From positions 2,700,001-2,732,000 of the forward strand of contig CP091279.1 of assembly GCA_021650915.1 (NCBI GenBank): 32,000 nucleotides of DNA, in the 5' to 3' direction. This DNA comes from Candidatus Brocadia sp. (GTDB lineage Bacteria > Planctomycetota > Brocadiia > Brocadiales > Brocadiaceae). The position numbers were made by a program, and so were the translations under genes. The number at the start of each line of letters is the position of its first letter. Position 1 is the first letter of the stretch. Of the stretch, positions 7,384 through 15,374 are shown one piece after another. The notes beneath the pieces were generated by a model that did no database searches, was not told the DNA's origin, and saw only the letters and a program-made list of their open reading frames with translations.

Positions 7384-9804
7384 CTATTTTTGAGTGCCCT
7401 GCGCCGCAGCGTCTGTTGCGGCACGTGCGTCATGAGTTTCGATAGTCACCTTCGGGATATGACCGGTAAAGCGTGACTTGCGTTCGGCGCCAATGGCCTC
7501 GACGACCGGTGTTCCGAGGTCGATACCCACGTCGGCGGTTTCGTCCGCCGAAAACATCATAGGCTGCGTTCTCTCGATCCGTCCCTCCGCCACCTTCTGG
7601 CCATTCACGAAGATTGTGCCCATGCCTCCTTTGCCCAACCCGCCGCCGTCATAGGCGAAGTCGAACTTGATGGTCGCCTTGCCGGGAGCGAGTGGCTGCG
7701 TTGCAACAATGCTGCTTCGCTGCATGCCAAGCCAGTTGTAGTCATACGCAGGCTTGCCGTCCCTGACGTAGAGCGCCCAGCCGCCGAAGCGTCCGCCTTG
7801 TACCAGAATGGCACCATTCGCACCGCCCTCCGGCACCTCGACCTCGGCGGTGATGGTCTTGGACTTGTTCTTCACGCTAAGGAAGACGTTTTCCAGCATG
7901 CCGGTCATGCCCTCGGCCAGGGTTAGTGAAGTTCGCCCTGCCATCAAGTCAGGGCGGCCGACCGCTGATGCCAAGGCTCGTTCAAACAGCCGGTCATCAA
8001 GGGGCAGCACATGGCGTTTCTCGGCTTCTTTCATGAAAAGCGCCTGCATCTCCGCGAGCTTCTTCGGGTTCTTCACGGCGAGATCGTAGGTCAGGCTGAA
8101 GTCGGCGCGGGCGTCATACAGCTCCCAGACATCATTTTGCAGGGGATTGCGCGACTCCCGCTCCCATGGCGCCCGGTGGATAGTCCGCGCGAACCAGCCG
8201 TCGTGGTAAATGGCGCGGTTGCCGGCAATCTCGAAGTATTGGATAACGTGACGGTCATTGGCTTTGGCATTGTCGAACGTGTAGACCATGCTCACGCCTT
8301 CCATTGGAATCTGCGGCGTGCCGTCGACCACTTTCGGTTCCGGCAAGTCTGCTGCTTCGAGAACAGTCGGCGCCACGTCAATCACATGGCTGAATTGGGT
8401 ACGGGTCTCGTTCTTCGCCTTGATGCCCCTGGGCCAGTGGACCACCATGCCGTTGCGGGTGCCGCCGAAGTCCGATGCCACCTGCTTCATCCAGCCGAAC
8501 GGCGCATCAAACGCCAGCGCCCAGCCTGCAGCCATGTGGGGGTAAGTCTCGGGCGATCCCCATGCATCGAGCGCCTTGAGCAGGTCGGGCACCTCCTCAC
8601 GCACACCGTTGAAGTAGGTATATTCGTTGAACATACCATTCTCGCCGCCTTCTGCACTGGTGCCATTGTCGCCGGCGATATAGAAAATAAGGGTATTTTC
8701 AAGCTGTCCAGTTGCCTCGACTGCCTTGAGCATCCGGCCGATTTCGTGATCGGTGTAATCGAGATAGGCAGCGAATACTTCGGCCTGATGCGTGAACAGA
8801 CGTTTCTCATCGGCGGACAGCATGTCCCAATCCCTGATCGCCTGAGGCTTCTGCGCAAGCTTCGTTCCTGCCGGAACAATGCCGAGCTTGATCTGACGGG
8901 CAAGCGTTTCTTCGCGCAGTTTATCCCATCCCTGGTCAAACTTGCCTTTCCAGCGGGCAATCCATTCCCTGGGCACATGGTGTGGCGCATGCACGGCCCC
9001 GGGCGCGAAATAGACGAAAAAGGGTTTGTCCGGCGTCAGAGCCTTCTGGTACTTGATCCAGGCAACCGCCTTGTCCGTCATGTCGGTCATGAAGTGGTAG
9101 TTTGGATCGTCCGGCAGTTCGACCTGGGTCACGCCGTCGAACAGGAACGGCGCCCACTGGTTTGTTTCGCCTCCGATGAAGCCATAGAATTTGTCAAAGC
9201 CCTGGTGGGTCGGCCAGCGGTCGAAAGGGCCAGAGACACTGGTTTCCCACGCAGCGGTTTCATGCCATTTGCCAAAAGCCGCCGTGCTGTAACCATTCAG
9301 TCGCAGCATTTCCGCCAGCGGAGCCGTCGCATTGGGTATCTGGCCCGTTGCCCCCGGAATAGATGTCGCCATTTCTGTGATGAAGCCCATGTTGACGGTG
9401 TGGTGATTGCGGCCAGACTTGAGCGCAGCCCTGGTCGGCGAGCACAGGGCAGTGGTATGAAAGTTGTTGTAGCGTAATCCGTTCTGCGCCAGGCCGTCGA
9501 GTGTCGGAGTGACGATCGGACCGCCGAACGTGCTCGTTGCGCCAAAGCCCAGATCGTCGATCAATACGATCACCACATTCGGGGCGCCGGACGGGGCCTT
9601 GACCTCATCGTGGGGTGGCGCCTTTACCTTGCGTGCGTCGAGCTCCTTGTAAACCGGACGCTTCGGCTCCGGGATGGGCAGGATCGTGCGGTCGAGTTTG
9701 TCGGCAGCCTCCTGGGTGCCTGTCGGACCAAAAACCGCAGGCACTATCAGCCCTATAGCGGTAAGAACCATAAATCTCGTCCATTTCCTTACTGTCGTTT
9801 TCAT
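7384..9804 (-). CDS. Large arylsulfatase (about 800-aa class, canonical C-S-P-T-R signature)
   Basis: 806-aa ORF with an N-terminal signal. Motifs seen: NVVIVLIDDLGFG, TTALCSPTRAALKSGRNHH, FGKWHE. A long C-terminal beta-rich extension is present. The stop lies 12 bp upstream of the next sulfatase start. Confidence 0.9.
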   Translation of the reverse strand: MKTTVRKWTRFMVLTAIGLIVPAVFGPTGTQEAADKLDRTILPIPEPKRPVYKELDARKVKAPPHDEVKAPSGAPNVVIVLIDDLGFGATSTFGGPIVTPTLDGLAQNGLRYNNFHTTALCSPTRAALKSGRNHHTVNMGFITEMATSIPGATGQIPNATAPLAEMLRLNGYSTAAFGKWHETAAWETSVSGPFDRWPTHQGFDKFYGFIGGETNQWAPFLFDGVTQVELPDDPNYHFMTDMTDKAVAWIKYQKALTPDKPFFVYFAPGAVHAPHHVPREWIARWKGKFDQGWDKLREETLARQIKLGIVPAGTKLAQKPQAIRDWDMLSADEKRLFTHQAEVFAAYLDYTDHEIGRMLKAVEATGQLENTLIFYIAGDNGTSAEGGENGMFNEYTYFNGVREEVPDLLKALDAWGSPETYPHMAAGWALAFDAPFGWMKQVASDFGGTRNGMVVHWPRGIKAKNETRTQFSHVIDVAPTVLEAADLPEPKVVDGTPQIPMEGVSMVYTFDNAKANDRHVIQYFEIAGNRAIYHDGWFARTIHRAPWERESRNPLQNDVWELYDARADFSLTYDLAVKNPKKLAEMQALFMKEAEKRHVLPLDDRLFERALASAVGRPDLMAGRTSLTLAEGMTGMLENVFLSVKNKSKTITAEVEVPEGGANGAILVQGGRFGGWALYVRDGKPAYDYNWLGMQRSSIVATQPLAPGKATIKFDFAYDGGGLGKGGMGTIFVNGQKVAEGRIERTQPMMFSADETADVGIDLGTPVVEAIGAERKSRFTGHIPKVTIETHDARAATDAAAQGTQK

Positions 9805-9969
9805 TTTCTTCTCCTTTCCGTGTCCCCTCGTGTTTGATTGGTTTGTTCATTCCACCTTCCCGATCTCTCCAGGCTTCCAGGTCTTGTCGACTCACAGATC
9901 GGGGTAAACATCAGCACAAAAAGGGTTGTGCGTATGATGCTTTTGGCAGGTCTCATATACAGGGTCTCA

Positions 9970-10486
9970 TCAGGCTATATTTAATATTTTGCCAAGAGCA
10001 ATATCCCTCATAAATTCTTTAAGCGGCAAAACATGGACTTCATGATCCTTTAAACGGGTATCCCCCAGATAAATCCCAAAGCATTTCTGAAGTAGTTTTT
10101 CCCGGAATCGTTGATTAAGCACACCTGAGTATTCTTTCTTCCAAACAGTCGCAGCCTTCACCTCAAAGCCGATTGCTTTCTTCCCGCGCATCCAAACAAA
10201 ATCAATCTCTGTCTGATTGGGAGTCCTCCAATAATACAATTCGCCACCACAACCGGAAATATTCATCCACAACGATCCAAGACCCTTTCTCCAGCGCTTC
10301 TACTTCAAAACGAAACTGATCCGTACTTCTCATCAATTTCAAGAGCTCTGTGGAACGAAGCAAATCAAACCACCTGGCCTTTCCCAAAACCATCCGGAGC
10401 CAGGTCGTTTTCCCGGTTCCTCTCGGACCAAAGAGAAAAAAGGAGTGTTGTGGTAAAGGTAATAACCGTGTATACATGGTTATCAT
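9970..10486 (-). pseudogene. AAA ATPase (AAA_14 + DUF4143 type) remnant with a large internal deletion and frame change
   Basis: ORF 10202..10486 carries the N-terminal Walker A part (FFLFGPRGTGKTTWL ... SWIVVDE). The overlapping ORF 9970..10272, in another frame, carries only the C-terminal DUF4143-like tail (GGELYYWRTPNQTEIDFVW...GFEVKA). Intact family members are about 400 aa as I recall, so about 200 codons are missing. Confidence 0.65.
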
Positions 10487-10669
10487 TTTGACGGCAATAT
10501 TGCTCTATGTCTATACAAAAATACTTCCGGCCTGCCTCTCTCAGGTTTCGTGGGCGTGTGGTTTCATGGGTGGTGTCGTGTTCCCTTTCCTGTTTTAAAT
10601 CAATACCATTTGGTCTCGCCAGTCGGGGCAAAATAATTGTTCTTAAAGCGCCTCCCTTTTCGGCCGGTT

Positions 10670-11233
10670 CTATTTGCCCAGCATCCCCTGTTTCAGGGAA
10701 GTATCCACGGGCTTCTCCCCCAGCCAGATGGCAAACAGGGCCTTTTTGAAATCAAGCCCCTTGATTGTGCCCATCAGTTTTCCTTTAATCGATACGTACA
10801 CCCCTTCTCCCGGCGCGTAGACAATATCATAGATGTCCCCTTTTCTGGCATCTTCTGTGAAGAAGGAATTGAACGTATCGGCTCTCTCCTTAATAGGTCC
10901 GGGATTTCCCATGGTGGCATTGGCAAATCCTTCGTTCCACCCTTCAACCAGTTGTTTGCAGGAAACTCCGTCATAGATAAACTGTAATCGGATTGCCATC
11001 GGTTCATCAGCATTCACAATCTTTTTTGCACTATCCTCTTTTGTCTTGAGATAAAGCCCCCCTGCATAAGCCTTGACGAAAAATTTTTTGCGTAGTCCGG
11101 CCCCATTCAACACGAGATGCTCCTTTCCTGACATGATCGTGTCAGGCAGGTTTACGCCTCCGATTTCTTTTGCCTGTGCCGTCGTTATGATGGTCAAAGC
11201 AAAGAATATTACGATAAGAATTTTTCTGATCAT
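10670..11233 (-). CDS. Chalcone isomerase-like (Chalcone_3 / fatty-acid-binding-type) periplasmic protein
   Basis: 187-aa ORF with signal peptide MIRKILIVIFFALTIITTAQA. LNGAGLRKKFFVKAYAGGLYL and KALFAIWLGEKPVD are the blocks I associate with bacterial CHI-like proteins. Confidence 0.7.
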   Translation of the reverse strand: MIRKILIVIFFALTIITTAQAKEIGGVNLPDTIMSGKEHLVLNGAGLRKKFFVKAYAGGLYLKTKEDSAKKIVNADEPMAIRLQFIYDGVSCKQLVEGWNEGFANATMGNPGPIKERADTFNSFFTEDARKGDIYDIVYAPGEGVYVSIKGKLMGTIKGLDFKKALFAIWLGEKPVDTSLKQGMLGK

Positions 11234-11321
11234 TGTTTGTCCCCTTTAATCAGGTCTTCGGCGACCTTCTCAATGCAGAGCGACGAGCCTCGTCGCTCTG
11301 CAACTGCAACTTTGAAAATCC

Positions 11322-11381
11322 GTAACACTGTAACACTTTAGTTTTTTGAACAGGTAGGGGCGAACGTCCGTTCGCCCCTAC
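11322..11381. repeat. Solo GTAA-type TIR plus short GTAG hairpin
   Basis: gtaacactgtaacactttagttttttgaacag is followed by GTAGGGGCGAACgtccGTTCGCCCCTAC (11354-11381, perfect 12-bp stem). No matching right-hand TIR was found. It lies 12 bp downstream of the stop of the 11393..12169 gene. Confidence 0.7.
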
Positions 11382-11392
11382 CCTCCAAATTA

Positions 11393-12169
11393 TTACCATG
11401 GTTTTAAGGTAAACATCCCGCGTTCCTTTACCTGATAGTCCTTTGGCGTCTTGACGAGTTCCACGCACTCGTTTGCCCAGTCCGTGATAATGTCTTTTGC
11501 ATGTCCCCACCAGGTGACTGCCTTCAGGTCAATGATGCGCATTTGGGCCTCCTTGCGGTCGGCAAACATAAAGAGCGTCTCGCCGGTTACTCCGTCTTTC
11601 AGCCGTCCTTCGATTGCCACGCTTGGCCGTCCTCCTGCCGCTGCCGATCCGGCTCCAACCACTATCCCCGCAGGTCCCATAGCAGGGGCAGCCAGCCTGA
11701 GCGCTCCAAATGCGGCCTTGCTTGGCACCAGTTCCACGATAGCCAGCTCAAGCACTACCGTTCGTGGTCCTGGCGAGCTAACTAACTTCCATCCTGGTCT
11801 CTCGTCTTTTTGAAATGCCTCGCAAAATTTTTCTTCCGTATATTGAGCTAGTTTATGGGCGCTTTCTTCAAGGTCGTCATTGCCGGGATTGGCAGCCCTC
11901 CATCCGGTATTTTCCATGAGATACTCGGTGTTGACCGGAGCGATTACAAGGTAGTCGTAATCTTCCCTTTGAGCATCCGGCTTCACCCAGACCCTGTCAA
12001 AAGGAAATCGCTCTTTCTTTGGGGCCATTTTTTCCGGTTCCTGTAAAAACCCTGCATCAGGCGCCGGGGCCGTTTTGCAGCCCAGGGGGATACCCAGAAG
12101 TGTTGCCCCCAATAAAATGCATCCGCAGCTCACGGTAATGTGTGTAACAAGACTTTTTCTTCTCCTCAT
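11393..12169 (-). CDS. Lipoprotein, DUF3313-like
   Basis: 258-aa ORF. Lipobox candidates are IPLGC and VSCGC. AGFLQEPEKMAP...FDRVWVKPD after the lipid Cys resembles the DUF3313 N-terminus as I remember it. A Gly/Ala-rich segment AAPAMGPAGIVVGAGSAAAGG is present. The family call is tentative. Confidence 0.55.
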   Translation of the reverse strand: MRRRKSLVTHITVSCGCILLGATLLGIPLGCKTAPAPDAGFLQEPEKMAPKKERFPFDRVWVKPDAQREDYDYLVIAPVNTEYLMENTGWRAANPGNDDLEESAHKLAQYTEEKFCEAFQKDERPGWKLVSSPGPRTVVLELAIVELVPSKAAFGALRLAAPAMGPAGIVVGAGSAAAGGRPSVAIEGRLKDGVTGETLFMFADRKEAQMRIIDLKAVTWWGHAKDIITDWANECVELVKTPKDYQVKERGMFTLKPW

Positions 12170-12380
12170 ATCACTTATCTCCTTTCTTAAAATTAGACTT
12201 CAAAAATTATTAACACAATCCGTAAAAAAATCTCGTATAGCGTTTCAATAAAATGTATATGGAAAAAAATGTCTTTGTAAGGAGTAAAGCGGTTGTGAAG
12301 CAGAAGTGAAGCAAACCCGGAGGGTTCCTCGCTGATACACTCAGAACAGGCCATTAATCCCTCGCTCGCAGAAAACTGAA

Positions 12381-12411
12381 GATTGCTTCGTCGTTCCTCC
12401 TCGCAATGACA
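12381..12411. repeat. CATTGCGAGG/CGAAGCAATC-family solo repeat (reverse orientation)
   Basis: gattgcttcgtcgttcctcctcgcaatgaca. Confidence 0.75.
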
Positions 12412-12696
12412 TTTTTATGATTACGTCATTTATTGATACCTAAATTCTGCAAATAAAACAGGACGGTAATATGCAACAGTCCATAGCTATTGGACTTGAT
12501 GTAATTGCAGTAGAGTTTTTCCTTCACTTTTTACGTGATGAAAAATTTTTCAAAAAAAGCTTCTGCTTCAATGAACACAAGGTTCAAGCGATGTAAGGAT
12601 AAATTCATTTGCAAAATTTAGGTGATATTATTATTTATAGGTCATGCTTGTATGAAATCTGTATATATAAAGTGAGTGTAATAAATATACCTGCAC

Positions 12697-12922
12697 GGTC
12701 ATTGCGAGGGCGATAGCCCGAAGCAATCGTTCGACTGAGCTCACGCCGAAGTCTTAAGGGTGGGGTTGCTGAGCCTGCTCCGAACGAATCTCAGCGAGGA
12801 ATCTTGCCGATAGTTTGCTTCGGCTTTGCCTCGCAACCGTTCCTCCTCGCAATGACAACGTACCGTATGTCGTCAAAGGTATAGCCAGTGTCATTGCGAG
12901 GGTTTTTTCCGAAGCAATCTCC
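12697..12922. repeat. Cluster of CATTGCGAGG-family repeats (unit X followed by unit Y)
   Basis: Copies are ggtcattgcgagggcgatagcccgaagcaatcg (12697-12729), gtttgcttcggctttgcctcgcaaccgttcctcctcgcaatgaca (12814-12856) and tgtcattgcgagggttttttccgaagcaatctcc (12889-12922). The last is identical over 33 nt to the reverse complement of 13403-13435. Confidence 0.8.
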
Positions 12923-13047
12923 CACTTTCACATTTCACAATGGAGAATTGGTTGCGACTTCGCTGCGCCAGGTATACTTATTTTTGTCTCTCACTATAAG
13001 TTGAGAACCGCCCTAATATTTTAGTATTTTGAAAGAACCTATTCTTT

Positions 13048-13080
13048 TGTCATTGCGAGGGTTTTGTCCGAAGCAATCTC
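13048..13080. repeat. Left 33-bp inverted repeat bracketing the GIY-YIG gene
   Basis: tgtcattgcgagggttttgtccgaagcaatctc has one mismatch to the reverse complement of 13403-13435. It overlaps the gene stop codon (13079-13081) by 2 nt. Confidence 0.85.
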
Positions 13081-13366
13081 ACAAACAATCATACAAATCC
13101 TTCCATCCCGCATTCATTCCATTAATTAATTCTAGTTTCTTGGCCATGGAGCCACCTTTAATTTGCTTCTCTCGGAATATGGCATTTTTCACGTCACGAA
13201 ATAGTTCGTAATATACCAACTTGGTGACATTATACTTTTTTGTAAATCCTTCGACCCGCTTCTCTTTGTGCACATATACTCTCCTTTTGAGATCATTCGT
13301 TACCCCCGTATAAAGCACCGTGTTGTTTTTATTCGTCATTATGTAAACGGAGTATATTTTATCCAT
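13079..13366 (-). CDS. GIY-YIG nuclease family protein (small stand-alone URI-domain type, COG2827-like)
   Basis: 95-aa ORF reading MDKIYSVYIMTNKNNTVLYTGVTNDLKRRVYVHKEKRVEGFTKKYNVTKLVYYELF...REKQIKGGSMAKKLELINGMNAGWKDLY. It contains the GIY (IYSVY) and YIG (LYTG) elements, the conserved Arg, and the FTKKY / EKQIK blocks typical of this family. Confidence 0.85.
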   Translation of the reverse strand: MDKIYSVYIMTNKNNTVLYTGVTNDLKRRVYVHKEKRVEGFTKKYNVTKLVYYELFRDVKNAIFREKQIKGGSMAKKLELINGMNAGWKDLYDCL

Positions 13367-13402
13367 TACAATTACCTTGACTAAGTCTTGCGGCTTTAAA
13401 AG

Positions 13403-13435
13403 GAGATTGCTTCGGAAAAAACCCTCGCAATGACA
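13403..13435. repeat. Right 33-bp inverted repeat bracketing the GIY-YIG gene
   Basis: gagattgcttcggaaaaaaccctcgcaatgaca. Its reverse complement is tgtcattgcgagggttttttccgaagcaatctc. Confidence 0.85.
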
Positions 13436-13493
13436 GTTTTGTGTTTACTTATTTGTAAGACATTGCACGAAATCGGCAAATAAATCAGCCGCT

Positions 13494-13814
13494 GTAACAC
13501 TTTGGTTTTTTGAAATCCCTCTGTGGTAAAATCCTTATATACTCCATAGGCTTACAATTTGTGATTTATAGTAATTCAACACGGACAAACAGAATTTGTC
13601 CATGCCACCTTATTATCAATTTAAAATTCACATTTTATGAGCATCTTGAGTATAGATTCTTCATTCCGCTCCGCTTCATGCAGAATGACACGACATGCAT
13701 GTCATTCTGAGGACGATAGGACGAAGAATCTCTGCGATGTTCAGATGCTCAAGGTATAAGAATTTTGCCAAATATGCTGGAGTATCTGCGATTTTTCAAA
13801 TAACAAATTGTTAC
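13494..13814. mobile_element. MITE-like element, 321 bp, GTAA-type TIRs with two hairpin cargo modules
   Basis: Left TIR is gtaacactttggttttttgaaat (13494-13516). The reverse complement of the right end (13791-13814) is gtaacaatttgttatttgaaaaat. Cargo 1 is the tatactc...gagtata module (13538-13654), near-identical to 26532-26648. Cargo 2 is agattcttc...cagaatgacacgacatgcatgtcattctg...gaagaatct (13655-13733), a nested hairpin. No clear target-site duplication was seen. Confidence 0.65.
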
Positions 13815-13875
13815 CGTCCACGTAAAAACTCAAGGCGTTTGTGCCGATGCTTTCGTGCGCGCGAGCCGTACACCT

Positions 13876-15366
13876 TTATTGTAACTCCGCCAAAAGCTGC
13901 TGGAATTCCTCTGATTCTGTGAGTATCCGATGGGCGGCGTCACGCAGGTCGTCGACCTGCTTGTCAGACAATTTGAACGATGTGGGCATGCCCTTGAAAT
14001 AGTGACGTTCCGCCTCATCCCGTAATGCATCAAACTTGACCTCAACGAGATAAAATTTGATGTCACCGCATCCGCCAGGCTCCGTCGATATCGGACCGTC
14101 TCCGCACCGGCTTTTCTGGACCTCCTCAGCCCACCGGCGGAAACTCTCCCGCGCCAACATAACGGTCTCGTAATTATACCTCGTGACCGATACGGACGAA
14201 TATGCGCCAAACATTGCGGATATCGTTGGCGCCCGTCCAAAGAGACTCCACTGGCTGCTTACTTCCGTCTCTGCATTCACAACGATGATAACCACCTTGT
14301 GGGTATTTTCGAGTTTCAAATATTTCAGCGTATTCCAGAAACTCCCCATGACAAGTATCCTGTCAAGCGCGGCCCTCAATCCAAGATTATCAGAAACTCC
14401 ACCATCAACAAGATGGATATATTTATGCTTTGCAACATCCTGATAGACATCTACGTTGCTCACCTGATGAAATGACCGTGACGTAATATCGTGCTCTTTC
14501 CGCACCCTCTCTGCTTCTTCAGGGAGTTTAAAGCCACAATCGTTGGAGTAATTACGAAGGGTGATGGGTGTGAGGACGACGGGCACGGCGGATGATGCCG
14601 TTACGGCGCGAGCAACGGGATAACCGGACAAGTCAGAACAAATGATATCAAATGCATCCTGATGAAATGCGACTCGTATACCTGTTACCATATCTGTTGC
14701 GTTGATAAAGACCATAGGGGATTGGCCTTTCCTCGCTGCCATATCCTGAAAGGTTTTCTTCTCAAAAAGGATCTTGTCGTAATACTCCGCAGCAATGTCA
14801 CTCCGTGCAAAAAACGGAGAGAAGAGGCGTACCCAGTTGTCGGGTCGTATCAAAAACCTTCGGGTAAGGCCGCCCTGCACATTCCTTTTCAGGAATTTCT
14901 GCTCGAAATCCTCAAAGATGCGATCACCAAAGAGACCATAATACGCAGCGGTGAAACTGCCTCCCGAGACGCCAGAAATACCATCAACCTCATGGAGCAG
15001 CATGCGTTTTTTGCCGTTTATGGTCACCGCTGTGTTTCTCAACTCTTCAAGGACACCATAGGAAAAGGCAGCAGCCCGTGTACCACCACCAGAGAAGGCG
15101 AGGAATACCATCATTTCGTCTGAATTTTCAGGCTGACCCATAAACTTTCCACGGTAACCACTGTTCGGATCAACCGTTGCGAGGGGTTTGTTGACGGGAT
15201 AATGCATGCAACCTGAAATTAAAAAAATGGCTATAAGAATACTTGCGGAAATGCGGATAGGCCGAGACATTTTACCCAGTGTAGTTCTCCAATGATTCAT
15301 AATATTCCTTCGCTCAACAATGTTGTTTATGGGTGAGTTAACCCTGTCAAGGTTAGTTTTATTCAT
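13876..15366 (-). CDS. Patatin-like phospholipase, probable lipoprotein
   Basis: 496-aa ORF. The oxyanion motif is FSGGGTRAAAF, the nucleophile elbow is GVSGGSF (GxSxG), and the catalytic Asp motif is DGGVSDNLG. The lipobox is SILIAIFLISGC. The start is ambiguous: ATG at 15366, 15300 or 15270. The last gives a textbook 21-aa lipoprotein signal. Confidence 0.9.
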   Translation of the reverse strand: MNKTNLDRVNSPINNIVERRNIMNHWRTTLGKMSRPIRISASILIAIFLISGCMHYPVNKPLATVDPNSGYRGKFMGQPENSDEMMVFLAFSGGGTRAAAFSYGVLEELRNTAVTINGKKRMLLHEVDGISGVSGGSFTAAYYGLFGDRIFEDFEQKFLKRNVQGGLTRRFLIRPDNWVRLFSPFFARSDIAAEYYDKILFEKKTFQDMAARKGQSPMVFINATDMVTGIRVAFHQDAFDIICSDLSGYPVARAVTASSAVPVVLTPITLRNYSNDCGFKLPEEAERVRKEHDITSRSFHQVSNVDVYQDVAKHKYIHLVDGGVSDNLGLRAALDRILVMGSFWNTLKYLKLENTHKVVIIVVNAETEVSSQWSLFGRAPTISAMFGAYSSVSVTRYNYETVMLARESFRRWAEEVQKSRCGDGPISTEPGGCGDIKFYLVEVKFDALRDEAERHYFKGMPTSFKLSDKQVDDLRDAAHRILTESEEFQQLLAELQ

Positions 15367-15374
15367 AATTTTTG

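Noticed and set aside
8011-9477. 488-aa plus-strand ORF inside the large sulfatase gene
   Set aside because: It is antisense to a gene with unmistakable sulfatase motifs. The product is Arg/Gly/Val-rich low-information sequence, typical of shadow ORFs in GC-rich coding DNA.
11354-11381. GTAG hairpins as rho-independent terminators of the adjacent minus-strand genes
   Set aside because: None of the hairpins next to gene ends (11354, 4682, 16647, 19105) is followed by a U-tract in the transcribed orientation. Termination is not excluded but is not supported.
12300-13450. Possible CRISPR array, because a ~30-nt motif recurs many times
   Set aside because: Copies are in both orientations, unevenly spaced and variable in length. 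They also occur singly in other intergenic regions. No cas genes are present.
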